The notes beneath the pieces were generated by a model that was given only the letters and a program-made list of their open reading frames with translations, was not told the origin of the DNA and did not search any database. The translations under genes and the position numbers were made by a program. DNA of 64,000 nucleotides. It comes from Octopus sinensis. Taxonomy: Eukaryota. Of the stretch, positions 63,019 to 64,000 are shown one piece after another (position 1 is the stretch's first letter; every line of letters begins with the position of its first letter). The stretch is taken from the NCBI RefSeq assembly GCF_006345805.1, contig NC_043007.1, positions 39,494,001-39,558,000 on the forward strand, read 5' to 3'.

Positions 63019-63417
63019 AAGGCGGCGAGCTGGCAGAGACGTTAGCACGCTGGACGAAATGCTTGGCGGTATTTCGTCTGCCGTTACGTTCTGAATTCAA
63101 ATTCCGCCGAGGTCGACTTTGCCTTTCATCCTTTCGGGGTCGATAAATTAAGTACCAGTTACGCACTGGGGTCGATGTAATCGACTTAATCCGTTTGTCT
63201 GTCATTGTTTTTCCTCTCTGTGTTTAGCTCTTTGTGGGTAGTAAAGAAATAGGTATTTCATCTGTCTTTACGTCCTGAGTTCAAATTCAGGCGAGGTCGA
63301 CTTTGCCTTTCATCCTTTCGTGGTCGATAAATTAAGTACCAGCTGAGTACTGGGGTCTATCTAATCGACTGGCCCCCTCCCCCAAAATTTCTGATCTTGC
63401 GCCTAGAGCAGAAAAGG
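63019..63417 (+). mobile_element. Complete dimeric family A SINE
   Basis: Head, core, linker (ttaatccgtttgtctgtc...gtaaagaaatag), truncated second head, core, tail (ggccccctcccccaaaattt...agaaaagg). Confidence 0.9.
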
Positions 63418-63439
63418 TTATAGTGGATGTTTGTTGCTT

Positions 63440-63845
63440 TCATTTATTTTTATTTGTTTTAGTCATTTAGATTGGGGCCAAGGAGGGAACACAGCTTGAA
63501 TAATTTTAGTCGAATGCATTGACCCCACTATCTATTTTTTTAAACCTGGTACTTATTCTATAAATCGGCCGAACTGCTAATTTACAGGGACGTATACACA
63601 CCACCAGCAGTTGTCAAGCGATTTGTGAAACAAAGAGAAACACACGGCCACATACACATCCTCACACACAAAAACACACACACACACGACGGACGCCATT
63701 TTAGTTTCCTTCAACCAAATCTTCTTTCAAGCCTTTGGCTGGCCCGAGCATATAGTAGAAAACACTTGCCCATCGTACCATGCAGCGCGACTCAACTCTG
63801 AAGCAGGTGATCGGGAAGCATACTTCTTACCACACAGCCACATAC
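63440..63845 (-). mobile_element. SINE family B, degenerate
   Basis: tagtcatttagattggggcc...gtacttattcta...ggctggcccgagcatatagtagaaaacacttgccc...cttcttaccacacagcc. Confidence 0.72.
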
Positions 63846-63903
63846 TTATATACATATATATATACATACATATATATACATATATATATATATAAATATA
63901 TAC

Positions 63904-63936
<33 letters not shown>

Positions 63937-63940
63937 ATAC

Positions 63941-63990
<50 letters not shown>

Positions 63991-64000
63991 CATATATACA

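Larger units (their letters stand above)
1..64000. repeat. Very dense microsatellites: (AT)n, (AC)n, (AG)n, (ATAC)n, (ATAG)n, (AAT)n, (ACC)n, (ATC)n, (AAG)n, (ATTGT)n, (ATATT)n
   Basis: Visible throughout; these generate nearly all ORFs in the supplied track. Confidence 0.98.

Noticed and set aside
210-63205. Most ORFs in the supplied track (poly-YI, HT, CV, poly-H/T/I/E)
   Set aside because: They are translations of di-, tri- and tetranucleotide microsatellites with no domain content.

Overview
Eukaryotic, microsatellite-saturated DNA, most likely a coleoid cephalopod (Octopus-like SINE, Dong/R4, RTE and Penelope repeats, plus a mollusc-type ND5 fragment). The only host coding sequence I can support is the terminal exon of a prospero/PROX1 homeobox gene on the minus strand (5098->4913). 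No upstream prospero exon was recognisable in the remaining ~59 kb, so that region is probably a very large intron or upstream DNA; it contains a 100-N gap at 26666-26765. The rest is simple repeats and transposon relics: three tRNA-derived SINE families, Dong/R4 (RLE) LINEs, RTE and Tx1/L1 LINEs, Penelope-like elements, mariner relics, and hAT, Tigger and Tc1 MITEs. Most interesting observations: (i) several minimal type-I hammerhead ribozyme folds in Penelope-type termini and fold-back palindromes, including a family whose core reads UUGAAAA (a U3-A8 compensatory swap of the C3-G8 pair) in two separate copies; (ii) a stop-free ~200-bp mitochondrial ND5 insertion inside a Dong/R4 LINE, with a reconstructable empty site; (iii) a Dong/R4 fragment abutting the prospero splice acceptor that may supply its branch point; (iv) a Dong/R4 copy flanked by (ATAC)n on both sides. 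Nearly all ORFs in the supplied track are microsatellite artefacts. Coordinates were counted by hand; element boundaries are approximate unless stated. No database search or folding program was run.
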